Shown: one piece after another, positions 1 to 12,999 of the stretch
How the letters are laid out: every line of letters begins with the position of its first letter
Numbering within the stretch: position 1 is the first letter of the stretch
Assembly: GCF_035084215.1 (NCBI RefSeq)
Contig: NC_090335.1
Coordinates: 52,328,001 to 52,392,000, forward strand
Length of the DNA: 64,000 nt
Direction of reading: 5' to 3'
Source: Heptranchias perlo
Taxonomy: Eukaryota
The notes under the pieces: model-generated
Told to the model about the DNA's origin: nothing
Seen by the model: the letters and a program-made list of their open reading frames with translations, nothing else
Database searches by the model: none
Position numbers and translations under genes: made by a program

Positions 1-80
1 TCATCAACCAAAGGAAATAGTCTTTCCCTATTCACCTTATCAAAACCCTTCATAATTTTAAAAACCTCTATTAAATCACC
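1..80 (-). mobile_element. CR1 LINE ORF2 C-terminal fragment, cut by the window edge
   Basis: Reverse complement reads GDLIEVFKIMKGFDKVNRERLFPLV, matching the CR1 copies elsewhere in the window. Confidence 0.75.
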
Positions 81-1253
81 ACCGCTCCAACAATATGTTT
101 TGACTCCAAACTCAGGGGAGCATCCCCTACCTGTGTGACAGCTGTTTCCTACATGAGCCATTCTGAATGATACTGGCAGTTTGATGCTAATTAGTGTTGA
201 ACTACAGGCAGTTTTATGATCTGGACTTGAGGCTGACCAAACTAATTTCACTTTTTGTTGGTTGGCTGAGTGTTTGATGCAGAAATCAATTATAACACTT
301 AACAGTTTCCAAACCAAATTGCTGACAAATCCACATGAGTAATTTCCATTTGCCTGATGTGCACACGCTCTCCTATTGGTACGCACCTCGTTCATACAAG
401 CCCAGTAAATTTAGACACAGATTGGCATGAGCTAAGGTTTAGAGATCCCTAACATTGTACAGGAGTACTACTGGAGTTTAACTAGCTTAGAACACACAGT
501 TTACCTGCACACAGCATAGCAAGCTTCATGTTGTTTGTCCAGTTATTACCACCCTACCCATTATTGGCTTTGGCTTACAAGTTATCCAGAGCCAGGTATG
601 GTAGTATTGATGGCACAGGCTGGCTGGTCAATCAACAAATCCTTGGAGTACTGTGGTCAGGTGTGGCTCAGATACCAGATTACCCAGTCCCCCACAGTGA
701 ATTGGCTCATTTCCAATCTTCCATCGCTAGCTCTCTCAAGTGGCATGCTAAGCAGCACAACTCACCATAAATTGTACACATGGATTGTGACCATCCTCCT
801 AACCACAACATGGGCACAAACTATTCCCCATCCATTGGTGCTTTAAATGGTGGTTCCAACAGTTGAAAATGAGGAACTTGAGTAGTAACTGCACTGTCTC
901 TCTGCAACCCAATCATCGTAGGCACCAGACCTTGAATATATGAGCATTTGCCTTCACACCAGGCTCCAGGTAAAACCGTTTAGCAGGTGTTATCTCAGTC
1001 CTCAATGTTCTGTACTTGCATACTGATAAATGAACAGTAGAGGGCCCCCTAATGGGAGCAAGCATTTTGTAGAAATTGAACTCCAGGGTCTCCTCTTATA
1101 TTGAATGCTACATCCAGAGAGAATGTTCCAGAGAGTCTGAAATAAAAGTAGCCACTACATTACCATAACAAGTAACATAACAATTAGTAACAAGGATAAC
1201 AGGCAATATATTGTTACGAAGATCGAATATTGGACATCTTTTTTACTTAGGCA

Positions 1254-2184
1254 GTGCTCTACCTCACCACCACCTCTCTCGACCCCTCCACTGTCTCTCA
1301 TTTGTCACACTGCTTGTCTGACATCCAATACTGGATGAGTAAAAACTTCCTCCAACTAAATATGAGGAAGAACGAAGCCATTGTCTTTGGTCCCCTCCAC
1401 AAGCTTGGTTCCCTAGCCACCGACTCCATTCCTCTCCCTGGCCTCGGTCGGAGGCTGAACCAGACCGTTCGCAACCTTGACGTCCTAACTGACCCGGAGA
1501 TGAGCTTCCAACTGCATATCTGCTCCACCACCATGACCACCCACTCCCACCTCCGTAACATCGCCCGTTTCCGCCCCTGCCTCAGCTCATCTGCTGCGGA
1601 AACTCTCATCCATGCCTTTGTTACCTCTAGACTTGACTATTCCAATGCTCTCCTGGCCGGCCTCCCATCTTCTACCCTCCATAAACTTGAGCTCATCCAA
1701 AACTCTGCTACCCGTATCCTAACTTGCACCAAGTCCTGTTCACCCATCACTCTTGTGCTCGCTGACCTACATTGGCTCCTGATCCGGGAACACTTCAATT
1801 TTAAAATTCTCTTCCTTGTTTTCAAATCCCTTCATGGCCTCGCCCCTCCCCATCTCTGTAACCTCTTCCAGCCCTACAACCCTCCGTAATCTCTGCGATT
1901 CTGGCCTTTTGTGCATCCCCGATTTTAATCGCTTCACTAATGGCAGCCGTGTCTTCAGCTGCTTAGGCCCTAAGCTCTGGAATTCCCCCTCCAAACCTCT
2001 CTGCCTCTCTCTCCTCCTTTAAGATGCTCCTTAAAATCTTCCTCTTTGACCAAGCTTTTAGTCACCTGTCCTAATATCTCCTTAGGGTCTCGGTGTCACA
2101 TTTTGTTTGATAACGCTCCTGTAAAGCGCCTTATGCCGTTTTACTACGTTAAAGGCACTAGATAAATGCAAGTTGTTGTTATTG
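1254..2184 (+). mobile_element. L2 (LINE2) 3' fragment: RT C-terminus plus 3' tail
   Basis: ORF 1254-1889 has L2 motifs (WMSKNFLQLN, ETLIHAFVTSRLDYSNALL, LADLHWL). It ends in an L2-type tail, ...tactacgttaaaggcactagataaatgcaagttgttgtt. Confidence 0.9.
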
Positions 2185-2207
2185 ATCAAACTTCACTGTT
2201 TTATATC

Positions 2208-4127
2208 ATGTCAGCATTAGTTGGAAAAATCGAAGAGTATCTTATTGGGTCTAGCTGGAGTATGTAGAAAGATAATTTTTATTTTGAGGCAATTGGAACA
2301 ACAGATGCTGAAAGGAGAGTTTTGCTTACTATTTGCGGACCTGCGACATAGACATTGATTAAGAATCTGAACACTCCTGCCCAACCTAAAGACAAAAACA
2401 TAGGAGGAGTTAGTCCAAATGTCCAAAGAACCTCTGAATCTGAAGCCACTCATTATTGCGGAATGGTTCAAGTTTAACTGGAGGAAGCAAAGGGATGATG
2501 AAAATGCTTCTCAGTTTATGGCAGAACTGAGGAGACTGTCTGAATCACGTAACTTTGGTGGGTTTCCCGACAATGCAATATGTGGCTTGAAGAAAACGTT
2601 GATACAGAGGTAACTGTTGGTAGAAGACATACACGTCTGCTACAGCTCTCGAAACAGCACTTGGATGGAGATTGCTGCCAGGGATGCTAGCGAGTTACAC
2701 GCCACAGAGTCCAACAGCTCCAGAGTTGCTCAACCATGTTGGAAGTGTGGTAAAAGTCATCACCATCATCCCAACCAATGTTTTTTTTTAAAAAGTCAAA
2801 TCCATAACTGAATGGAATCTGGCCACTTAACTAAGTATTGCCGGTAGCCAGTAGGTACTGCTAGATTGGAAGTAGGGAGAAGAAATGAAAGCCCCAAATT
2901 ATATTGTAGCACTGTGAGGATTCAACAGAAGGAAAGACAAAAATCCAGTGTCCATTACATAGATTCTGATGAGGAACATGAGGATAAAACCATATCACAT
3001 GGTGATACAGATGAAGAATAAAGTGTTTTCCTGTATATTCGATAACCAGAAAGGGAAGACGAGAAATTGTGATCTCTGTCTGGATAGAAGGTATAAAATG
3101 CTGCAGTAACTATTATGTCATCAAAACTATATGAAGAAAAGTTTCAGAAACTTGCCTACTAAAAAAAAAGTTTTGCTGATACCCATTGCCAGTCCTTGGA
3201 AAATAAAAGTCCAAGTAAAATATGAAAATTGGACAAAACAAGGGTCTGTGATTGTAGTTAAGGGCAAAAGTCCCTCATTGATGGGTCAAGACTGGCTTCA
3301 TAGCCTGAAGTTATACTGGGCCAGTATTAAGATGATCACCACTCCAAGACTTGTGGACGTATTCATTTTCTAATCAAGAAAATCAACCACAACGACTGGG
3401 TGTGCCTGATCATGCTTGTAATAAATCCCGACAGTGGTATACAAATTTGTGGTGACTATCGTATAGGTGTGAACCCTAGTTTACATGTTTAATGAATATC
3501 CCCAGCCCAGGGCTGAAGTTATTCACTGGAGGGAAGTAATGTACTCGTTCTGATATTTTAAACCTGACTTGGAAAGATTAGTGCTGAGAAGAAAACGTTG
3601 TAAGTCTGGATCGTCAACTTCAAAGCAGTATTGCATGGAAGAATATTATGCCTTGATTTCCATGAGAATGCGTAAAAATGAGTGTTGGTGTTATTGAACA
3701 GGAGATTGGAACTGATATTTTTAGCTTTAGTGGATGGTATGCTGCAGAAGGGACATTAGGATAAATTACGAGAACTACACTGATCTATTGTCTTTGACAT
3801 ACCAAATGGTAACACTGAGTGTGACCTACCACCAATGCCTATTCTACCTAAGTAGCTGTTACAAATCCTCAGAAAGCATTAAATGTTTTGCCTATTCCCA
3901 TGTGTAATGAACCAACCACCTCCTAGAATGTTGTTCATGCTCCTGATTCTGGTGTGAACTCTCCAGGACAGTGTCTGAAGAAAGTTGTGAAACCTAACGG
4001 TTTTGGAATCAAACTTGAGGAATTACTATATACTGCTCTCCTGTTGTTATTCCCAACTTACCCATTATTAAACCTACTCGAGATATCCTCAAAGGTCAAC
4101 AAAACCTCCAAATCGTTTGGACGTAGG
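2208..4127 (+). mobile_element. Decayed, internally deleted Ty3/Gypsy LTR retrotransposon (gag-pol remnant)
   Basis: Gag-like start MSALVGKIEEY (2208), PLIIAEWFKFN...AELRRLSE, zinc knuckle CWKCGKSHHH.NQC, protease-like KGKSPSLMGQDWL, RT-like ICGDY (~3445) and integrase C-terminal RYPQRSTKPPNRL (~4081-4119). Many stops and frameshifts. Confidence 0.8.
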
Positions 4128-4329
4128 TAGTTCTGACCTGCTGTCCAATTCAGTGTGGGAGTGGGCTGATTTTCCAGCTACGCCGCCAAATTTGCACCAT
4201 TTCAGGCACAAGTCTAAAATTGTCCCTAAAGGTCTCTCTACCAGCCATCTTAAAGCTTCTGTGATTGAGAGTGCCAATTTGTGTCAAGTTAAAGGCATTT
4301 TTACTACAAGTGTTTGCACCCACAAGGAA

Positions 4330-4465
4330 CTGGGACTGCTGAAATTCTTTCACATCCTTTACAGCCAGCAGAGGAATTACACTTTCACACCATCAGCGGA
4401 GCTGAATCCAAATCCAGCCACAGAAGTGAAAGGACAGTGTGCTAACCCACTGTGGCACCCAATTC
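4330..4465 (-). mobile_element. Probable tRNA-derived SINE 5' fragment
   Basis: Reverse complement begins gggtgccacagtgggttagcacactgtcctttcac...ggatttggattcagc, resembling degenerate A/B boxes. Confidence 0.4.
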
Positions 4466-4557
4466 TCTCACAGGCTATTTTAACTGAATTTATTACAGTT
4501 TTTTTCTCACTGCATCTTAATTTATTTTAATCCCTGTATGTAATTGTTTATGATACA

Positions 4558-6355
4558 TTATAGTTATATTAGGAAAAAGAGGATGGTCAGGAGCAGTGTT
4601 GGCCCCTTAAAAACCGAAAGTGGGGATATTGTCATTGACAATGGTGAAATGGCGGACATGTTGAATAATTACTTTGCGTCAGTATTTACAGTAGAAAAAG
4701 AGGATAGCATGCCAAGAAAACTAATATTGAATCGGGGATAGGGACTCGATAAAAAGCAACAGTAATGAAGAAGATAATAGCACTAAAGAGTGACAAATCC
4801 CCAGGACCAGATGGTTTCCATCCCAGGGTTTTAAAGGAAGTAGGTGAGCAGATTGCAGATGCCCTAACTATAATCTTTCAAAGTTCTCTAGATTCAGGAA
4901 CTGTCCCTCTGGATTGGAAAATTGCACATGTCACTCCGCTTTTTAAGAAAGGAGAGGGAAACTGGGGAATTGTAGACCAGTTAGCCTAACATCTGTTGTG
5001 GGGAAATTGCTGGAGTCTATAATTAAGGATAGGGTGACTGAACACCTCGAGAATTTTCAGTTAATCAGGGAGAGCCAGCATGGATTTGTGAAAGGTAGGT
5101 TGTGCCTGACAAATCTGATTGAATTTTTTGAAGAGGTGACTAAAGTAGTGGACAGGGGAATGTCAATGGATGTTATTTATATGGACTTCCAGAAGGCATT
5201 TGATAAGGTCCCACATAAGAGACTGTTAGCTAAGATAGAAGCCCATGGAATCGAGGGAAAAGTACAGACTTGGTTAGGAAGTTGGCTGAGCGAAAGGCGA
5301 CAGAGATTAGGGATAATGGGTAAGTATTCACATTGGCAGGATGTGACTCGTGGAGTCCCACAGGGATCTGTCTTGGGGCTTCAATTATTCACAATATTTA
5401 TTAACAACTTAGATGAAGGCATAGAAAGTCTCATATCTAAGTTTGCCGATGACACAAAGATTGGTGGCATTGTAAGCAGTGTAGATGAAAACATAAAATT
5501 ACAGAGCGATATTGACAGATTAGGTGAATGGGCAAAACTGTGGCAAATGGAATTCAATGTAGACAAATGTGAGGTCATCCACTTTGGATCAAAAAAGGAT
5601 AGAACAGGGTACTTTCTAAATGGTAAAAAGTTAAAAACAGTGGATGTCCAAAGGGACCTAGGGGTTCAGGTACATAGATCATTGAAGTGTCATGAACAGG
5701 TGCAGAAAATAATCAATAAGGCTAATGGAATGCTGGCCTTTATATCTAGAGGATTGGAGTACAAGGGGGCAGAAGTTATGCTGCAGCTATACAAAACCCT
5801 GGTTAGACCGCACCTGGAGTACTGTGAGCAGTTCTGGGCACCACACCTTCGGAAGGACATACTGGCCTTGGAGGGAGTGAAGCATAGGTTTACTAGAATG
5901 ATACCCGGACTTCAAGGATTAAGTTATGAGGAGAGATTACACAAATTGGGGTTGTATTCTCTAGAGTTTAGAAGGTTAAGGGGTGATCTGATCGAAGTTT
6001 ATAAGATATTAAGGGGAACGGATATGGTGGATAGAGAGAAACTATTTCCGCTGGTTGGGGATTCTAGGAGTAGGGGGCAGAGTCTAAAAATTAGAGCCAG
6101 ACCTTTCAGGAGTGAGATTAGAAAACATTTCTACACACAAAGGGTGGTAGAAGTTTGGAACTCTCTTCCGCAAACGGCAATTGATACTAGCTCAATTGCT
6201 AAATTTAAATGTGAAATAGATAGCTTTTTGGCAACCAAAGGTATTCTGGGATATGGGCTGAAGGCAGGTATATGGAGCTAGATCACAGATCAGCCATGAT
6301 CTTATCAAATGGCGGAGCAGGCACGAGGGGCTGAATGGCCTACTCCTGTTCCTAT
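4558..6355 (+). mobile_element. 5'-truncated CR1 LINE (HER1-like) with near-intact RT
   Basis: ORFs 4765-4989 and 4998-6281 carry KSPGPDG, QHGFVKG, DFQKAFDKV, GVPQGSVLG and KFADDTK. The 3' tail is gatcagccatgatctt...gaatggcctactcctgttcctat. Confidence 0.95.
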
Positions 6356-7469
6356 ACATACCACATTATGTAATTATGTCATAGCAAAATTCACACTCTG
6401 TATTTCCTTCCTGCAGGTAAATGCAGAGTTAAATCATTTTGATACGTAGCCGAAAAATTCCGAGAACAAAAACATTATTCTAGAACAAAATACAGAATTG
6501 AACAGCAATTTAATAAAGCACACCGGGGGAAGAATTGCTCTGGTCGCTGTGTGTAGCTACGTCATAAATATATTCAAAATGCAATGTCAATACATGTAAC
6601 GAGCAGAGTACATATTTACCCATTGGATTCTCCCCTGACTAGGGTGATGGGAGTATCGTGTTCTTATAACTGCTCTTCTAACAGCTGGCGCCAATGCTCC
6701 TTCAGTTCAATATTTATTAACATGCTTTGGTCGGATTGCTGGTAAAATGCAGAGATGAAGCACGAGCCAAACTCATTTTCATATTACAAACAGTGTGACT
6801 TTACTGCAAGCATCGGTTATGTGATTGTCAGAAAATATTCTAGTTATCTTTCTCAATGGAAGCACAAATCTCCAAGCAATTTAAAAGCAGAAATTCTGCA
6901 TATACAAAAAAACCCTTCCATGTTTATACAAACCGGAGCAAGGCAAAGTCTGCTTTTTGGAAATCTGCTTGCTGAAGGCCACTAACTTCAGAGTATATTA
7001 ATTCTGTCTATCTATGATTGGAATTTTGCCACCCAGAAGAGAGCCTGTACACACATGTTTACAGCCATGTGCGGGAATCCTATCTTGGTCATTAAATTTA
7101 GGAGTTGTGAAAGCACGGGTTGGAGTGTACACGCTCACTTAATCAATTCCAGGTAAGTTTAAAAAAAATAAGAGATCCAAACAATCTGCTGAAAACTTTT
7201 TAAACCAGTTTGACACCACGTCGGATGAGACTGCCTCTTCCAGGGGGCCCTCATTCTTCCCTTACTTTGCAGTAAAACATACCCTTAGATGAATTTGACT
7301 TTCTCACCTGAGTTACTTAAGTCTCTATATAAAATAAAATCAACGGAGTAACATGACACTGAGCATTTTTAGACGATGAACATAGTTGATCTGAACCCAT
7401 GAGATAATAGATTTTGTTACATTTGGGATGGTTTATTGAGAGCAATAATAATTTTCATAATTTTCACAG

Positions 7470-7559
7470 GCCCTGCAGAAGAAAGATCAAGACAACTATT
7501 CGGGCCTCAACTTTAACAAAAGGAGCCAGGACACAGAGGCTGGAATTGGAGCAAAACGG
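7470..7559 (+). CDS. CD247: CD247 (CD3zeta) internal exon, equivalent to mammalian exon 4: ALQKKDQDNYSGLNFNKRSQDTEAGIGAKR
   Basis: Acceptor ttttcacag and donor gtattt; 90 nt, phase 0/0. Carries the xL-x7-YSGL second part of ITAM1. Confidence 0.85.
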
Positions 7560-8082
7560 GTATTTTGTTTTAACTTGCCTTTTGTAAAACAATAACTGAT
7601 TCCAAAGCAAGGCTCACAAAATATCAATTTTATAACAGACACATTAACAGCAATCTTGTTAAATGTTAGGATAACAATTTCTGGGATACTCTGGGGCATC
7701 TATAATTGTTATTTGCACAAGAGTACAAAGAATACTTGGGAGACAGAAGAGGGTTAGTGTTCCATGTTCAATTTCCTACATACAAATTTTCTAAACTTTC
7801 TATAATACATTTTAAGGATCTGTGCACACACTTACAGCAGGTTATTTGTTAGCAACTTGTGAGTTGCAAAAGTTGAATGTTTTCAAAATAATTCCAGTGC
7901 ATCATTTCCATGAACTTGCATAACATTATTGTACAATATTTATTTCCATATTCACAGTGCATTTGCATGGCTTACTGTTCTGAAAATGTTGCACAGAACA
8001 AAAAAAGCCTCTCCGAGAGCATATTACATGAAAAATTGTGTGGATTCAATAAGCAATTAGTAGTATAATAATGACATTGCTG

Positions 8083-8102
8083 CCCCCCCCCCCCCCCCCC
8101 CC
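8083..8102. repeat. Poly-C run (20 nt)
   Basis: Seen directly. Confidence 0.95.
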
Positions 8103-8559
8103 GTTAGATATCCAGTTACTTGAGTACTCAGATGCCAGCAAGGAATAGAATATAGAACTGATGTATGTTTCTGCAGACTAGGCCTTCCCAGGTTTCCAGC
8201 TGCACTGTGAAACAAATCCTTTGCAAGATTCCAGCAAAGGAAGCAATAATCATCTCTGTAACCCCTCTTGAAGAGAAAGATCTGCTTCTTGGAGCTCCTA
8301 GATCTCGCTTTGGTCCATCAAGATCCTATAACAAACTAGAATTTCTGGCCTAGATGGAGGCTAAATGTAACACACTGACCACTGGTGCCTCCAAATAATA
8401 ATACACCATTTGAGAGGGCCAGTGCAAAGGGAATTTTTTTATTATTCCACAGTGACATTGCTTCCAGCATCCAGAAAATGTCCACTGAAGATTTATAATG
8501 GAAATGGTTTATTCACTGGCAGTTATTTGTGCACAGAAATTGAACTGCTTTCAAAGAAA

Positions 8560-8760
8560 GCATTGGCTCTTCGCTGGCATACTGGGTACTATCTGCTACC
8601 TTGCCTAAGTAGCCAATATTTATCTGTGAGCTGAGAAAGGTTATTCCACAAGGGATATCACAATCAAGCCTGTCATCACTCAATTTTCAAAGATGTCTAC
8701 TTTCAAAGAGGGGCACTGGAGAGTGATTGGGGACAGAATTTCGGGCCAATTTTCTGCCCA
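8560..8760 (-). mobile_element. Degenerate SINE fragment, probably the same family as 45170-45530
   Basis: ccttgcctaagtagccaatatttatctgtgagc...ggggcactggagagtgattgggg resembles the reverse complement of the body of the 45170 element. Confidence 0.5.
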
Positions 8761-8829
8761 AAATTTAGAGAGAAATAAATTAGAGTGAGTGAGGAAGTGG
8801 ACAAACAGTTGATACAATACTGACAGTTC

Positions 8830-9150
8830 TTGATTAAAAAGACCAAGAGAAGGTTGAAGGCCAGAGGGACGGATCCTGGTGGATTAGGGAGGTTGAAGAA
8901 AAGGGGAAGCTTCCAGAGGTAAGGAGGCGCAGGCAGCAGAAAAGTTCAGCATTGTATCGAGTATGCATTCGTTGAGGTAGGGCCGAAGGGGGATGAAGTG
9001 GAAGCCCTTGCTGAGGGTGGACTGTTTGGATCAGAGAGGGGAAGGTCAGAGGAGATAGTGAAAATTGGGCATGGGGTGAGATTAGAAAGAGAGATGAGGT
9101 CAGAAGTAAATGAAGAGGACAAGATGTAAGAGTTGTTGAAGCTCACTGAT
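8830..9150 (-). mobile_element. Old L2-like fragment
   Basis: Purine-rich + strand, and the - strand ORF 8946-9146 has Ser/Pro/Leu-rich L2-like content. Weak support. Confidence 0.4.
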
Positions 9151-10487
9151 CTTGCTACCTGAAAGGAAGAAAAAAAGATTTTTGTTCAGTGCCAGAAGAG
9201 ATGGAGCTCGATATGGAAAATGTAAATAAGGAAAATTAATTTCCTCCAACGTGTTCCAGCTAACAGGTTTCAACAATATATGTGAAAACTAATTTTAAAA
9301 CATTAGTACAGATGGTTAATGGGAACTGTTGTGTCGAAGCATTTTGTTTATCCCCAGTAAATAATTGACAGAGTTTTACACTTTCAGCCATCTTTTCATC
9401 TTCAGCTTTTTCCGTTGGTAAATTCTTGAGTAGTTCAGTGTTGAACCGTGTAAGTATGTCCGTGGAAAATTTATAAAGAACATTCTACACAAAAAAAATC
9501 AACACTAAGTACCAACCCCCATCTAGCCACGAACCACAGCGGAATGAGTGTATGTCACACACATCTAGGGGCCTGCAACAAGTTTCTTTAGTAACAATAT
9601 GTCTGAATATTTTTTGTGCTATTTTGTATTATTAAATCAATATACATATGCTGTCTATAAAGAGGCAACATAAACAGTGCTAAGCGGTTGAAGAAAAATC
9701 ACGTGTGGATTATGTAGTCCCAATGTTACAAAATGATCCAATTTTAAATGCTGCAGCTCCAATGTATCTGGTAATTTATTAACCCAAAGCAGTGCTTACT
9801 ACAATGTCCTGAGGGGAAGGAGAGAAGCAGCACATTCTTTTCAAGTCACCTTGATCAGAACTGAACCCAGTTTCAAGGCGTAAAAAATTATAAAGCTGAC
9901 AACTTCAGCTAAACATTAGGTAAACAGTAAGCACCAGATTTTTGTTCATTAATGTTGACTAATCAGAAATGTTGAATACTTAATTTGTAGCCTCGCTGGG
10001 GCCAATTTTAACTTATGGGTGCCCAATCGACGGAGTGTGCCTGCCGGTCGCCCAAATTTATGGCAAAGAGGCAGCTGTGATTTTTGGGGCCCTGGCCTCA
10101 TTTACATCGAGCCACGGAGCCAAATGGGCGTATTAAGGCTGGCCAATATTGGGCTGCCCCGGCCAGCAGCAAAGTAAGTGCAGGGGTTAGTCACTATTGC
10201 GGAGAATGGGGTCATGGAGCAGCACAGAATTAATTTCTAACAGTACCTATTGGAATGTGCGTGGCACACGCTATAACCAGTTCCAACCAAAAATAGCAAT
10301 CGGAATCCCAGGACCACGATATGTGTATTAAAAGGGGTCCACCGCCTGAAACAAGCAGGTGCTGAAGGAGTTTGACAGTCAGATATATTTTGATCACTTG
10401 GGGCTTTCTGAATTTAATCCGCTGGATGCAAAGCATTTACCTCATTGTTGTTAAATATATAACATCCATTATTTTCTTTCCTATCAG

Positions 10488-10526
10488 AACCAGAGAGATG
10501 CTGCTGCTTATAACGACACCTATTCT
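10488..10526 (+). CDS. CD247: CD247 internal exon (exon 5 equivalent): NQRDAAAYNDTYS
   Basis: Acceptor ttttctttcctatcag and donor gtaagt; 39 nt, phase 0/0. Supplies the first Tyr of ITAM2. Confidence 0.85.
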
Positions 10527-11333
10527 GTAAGTACAGCTTATGGTTTAGGAAAATACCTTGCATGCTGCAGAATCTTTATTATCCAAACAGTCCTTTCAAC
10601 ATTGTGCTTTTCCCAGTTAAACAATATTAATCATAGTCCATACATTAAAACTTGGTATTTACCTGGCACAAAGTGTGCAGTACAGAGTTGGATCATCTGC
10701 CATGGAATTTGATTGACTTGTAATTACCAAGTTCTGCTGAACTGTGAATAATGTGAGCAGCAGCAGAATCCGCTAACTGGAGATGGATTTAAAACCTGAT
10801 CCCAAGCAACTTTAGGATTTGACCAATGGCTGCGTGGTTTGGTTTTGCTGTAAAAAAACAAACATTCACCGTCACATATCCTCCTGCAGGTAAGTGTAGA
10901 ATATAGCAAGTTGTAGAACTTTTCTCCAGTGTTATTCAGTGACTGGCTGACAAAGACTATTTGCAGAAGAGTGAGATGACTTGTCAGTTTTGCCTTCAAA
11001 AAAGCCCAATCTGGCATTAACCCTATGGTACTAGTATCAATATGCTAAGTAATACCGAGGTATCAGCTTTTAAGTCCATCAACTGTGAGCGCTATCCAGC
11101 AGGTGCCATAATAGAGCATTTACCGATGATTGCCTATGTAGTGATTTTTGATTATATTTGAGGGAGATGCTGAGCAAAGTGAAGGATGAACTTCTGCAGA
11201 ACAAAGCAGCTTGAACTTCTTTTGCACATCTCTTAATGGCTGGTCATAGAGCAACATTGACAAGGTCCTGGTATATTCATTTGTAAGTGATCTGCATTTT
11301 AACTCAAAAGGTCAAAACTTATTTTGTTTGCAG

Positions 11334-11390
11334 AAACTGAATCCCAAGAATAGAAGTGAGCCTTACGGTGAACTCAAACCAACTCAGCAG
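11334..11390 (+). CDS. CD247: CD247 internal exon (exon 6 equivalent): KLNPKNRSEPYGELKPTQQ
   Basis: Acceptor ttttgtttgcag and donor gtatga; 57 nt. Completes ITAM2, YSKL-x8-YGEL. Confidence 0.88.
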
Positions 11391-11432
11391 GTATGAACAT
11401 GAACAGATTACTGTAACTTTCTGGAAATAATC

Positions 11433-12999
11433 TTTTTTAAAAATTCGTTCACGGGATGTGGGCATCGCTGGCAAGGCCGGCATTTATTGCCCATCCCTAA
11501 TTGCCCTCGAGAAGGTGGTGGTGAGCCGCCTTCTTGAACCGCTGCAGTCCGTGTGGTGACGGTTCTCCCACAGTGCTGTTAGGAAGGGAGTTCCACGATT
11601 TTGACCCAGCGATGATGAAGGAACGGCGATATATTTCCAAGTCGGGATGGTGTGTGACTTGGAGGGGAACGTGCAGGTGGTGTTGTTCCCATGTGCCTGC
11701 TGCCCTTGTCCTTCTAGGTGGTAGAGGTCGCGGGTTTGGGAGGTGCTGTCGAAGAAGCCTTGGCGAGTTGCTGCAGTGCATCCTGTGGATGGTGCACACT
11801 GCAGCCACAGTGCGCCGGTGGTGAAGGGAGTGAATGTTTAGGGTGGTGGATGGGGTGCCAATCAAGCGGGCTGCTTTATCTTGGATGGTGTCGAGCTTCT
11901 TGAGTGTTGTTGGAGCTGCACTCATCCAGGCAAGTGGAGAGTATTCCATCACACTCCTGACTTGTGCCTTGTAGATGGTGGAAAGGCTTTGGGGAGTCAG
12001 GAGGTGAGTCACTCGCCGCAGAATACCCAGCCTCTGACCTGCTGTTGTAGCCACAGTATTTATATGGCTGGTCCAGTTAAGTTTCTGGTCAATGGTGACC
12101 CCCAGGATGTTGATGGTGGGGGATTCGGCGATGGTAATGCCGTTGAATGTCAAGGGGAGGTGGTTAGACTCTCTCTTGTTGGAGATGGTCATTGCCTGGC
12201 ACTTATCTGGCGCGAATGTTACTTGCCACTTATTAGCCCAAGCCTGGATGTTGTCCAGGTCTTGCTGCATGCAGGCTCGGACTGCTTCATTATCTGAGCG
12301 GTTGCGAATGGAACTGAACACTGTGCAGTCATCAGCGAACATCCCCATTTCTGACCTTATGATGGAGGGAAGGTCATTGATGAAGCAGCTGAAGATGGTT
12401 GGGCCAAGGACACTGCCCTGAGGAACTCCTGCAGCAACGCCCAGGGGCTGAGATGATTGGCCTCCAACAACCACTACCATCTTCCTTTGTGCTAGGTATG
12501 ACTCCAGCCACTGGAGAGTTTTCCCCCTGATTCCCATTGACTTCAATTTTACTGGGGCTCCTTGGTGCCACACTCGGTCAAATGCTGCCTTGATGTCAAG
12601 GGCAGTCACTCTCACCTCACCTCTGGAATTCAGCTCTTTTGTCCATGTTTGGACCAAGGCTGTAATGAGGTCTGGAGCCGAGTGGTCCTGGCGGAACCCA
12701 AACTGAGCATCGGTGAGCAGATTATTGGTGAGTAAGTGCCGCTTGATAGCACTGTCGACGACACCTTCCATCACTTTGCTGATGATTGAGAGTAGACTGA
12801 TGGGGCGGTAATTGGCCGGATTGGATTTGTCCTGCTTTTTGTGGACAGGACATACCTGGGCAATTTTCCACATTGTCGGGTGGATGCCAGTGTTGTAGCT
12901 GTGCTGGAACAGCTTGGCTAGAGGCGCAGCTAGTTCTCGAGCACAAGTCTTCAGCACTACAGCTGGGATGTTGTCAGGGCCCATAGCCTTTGCTGTATC
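11433..12999 (-). mobile_element. Young 5'-truncated CR1-clade LINE (second family) with an uninterrupted 495-aa RT ORF
   Basis: ORF 11497-12984 has NYRPISLL, QFGFR, DIKAAFDRV, GVPQGSVLGP and FADD. The 3' tail is gggatgggcaataaatgccggcc...cccgtgaacgaa plus an A-rich end. Confidence 0.95.

Noticed and set aside
7140-7158. Strong donor ccag|gtaagt (and the acceptor-like site at ~6416) as CD247 exon 3
   Set aside because: No phase-0 frame ends in Tyr-x to complete ITAM1, and the 6417 frame hits a stop.
11534-12946. Multiple overlapping ORFs in other frames of the LINE
   Set aside because: Alternate-frame artefacts of a GC-richer retroelement.
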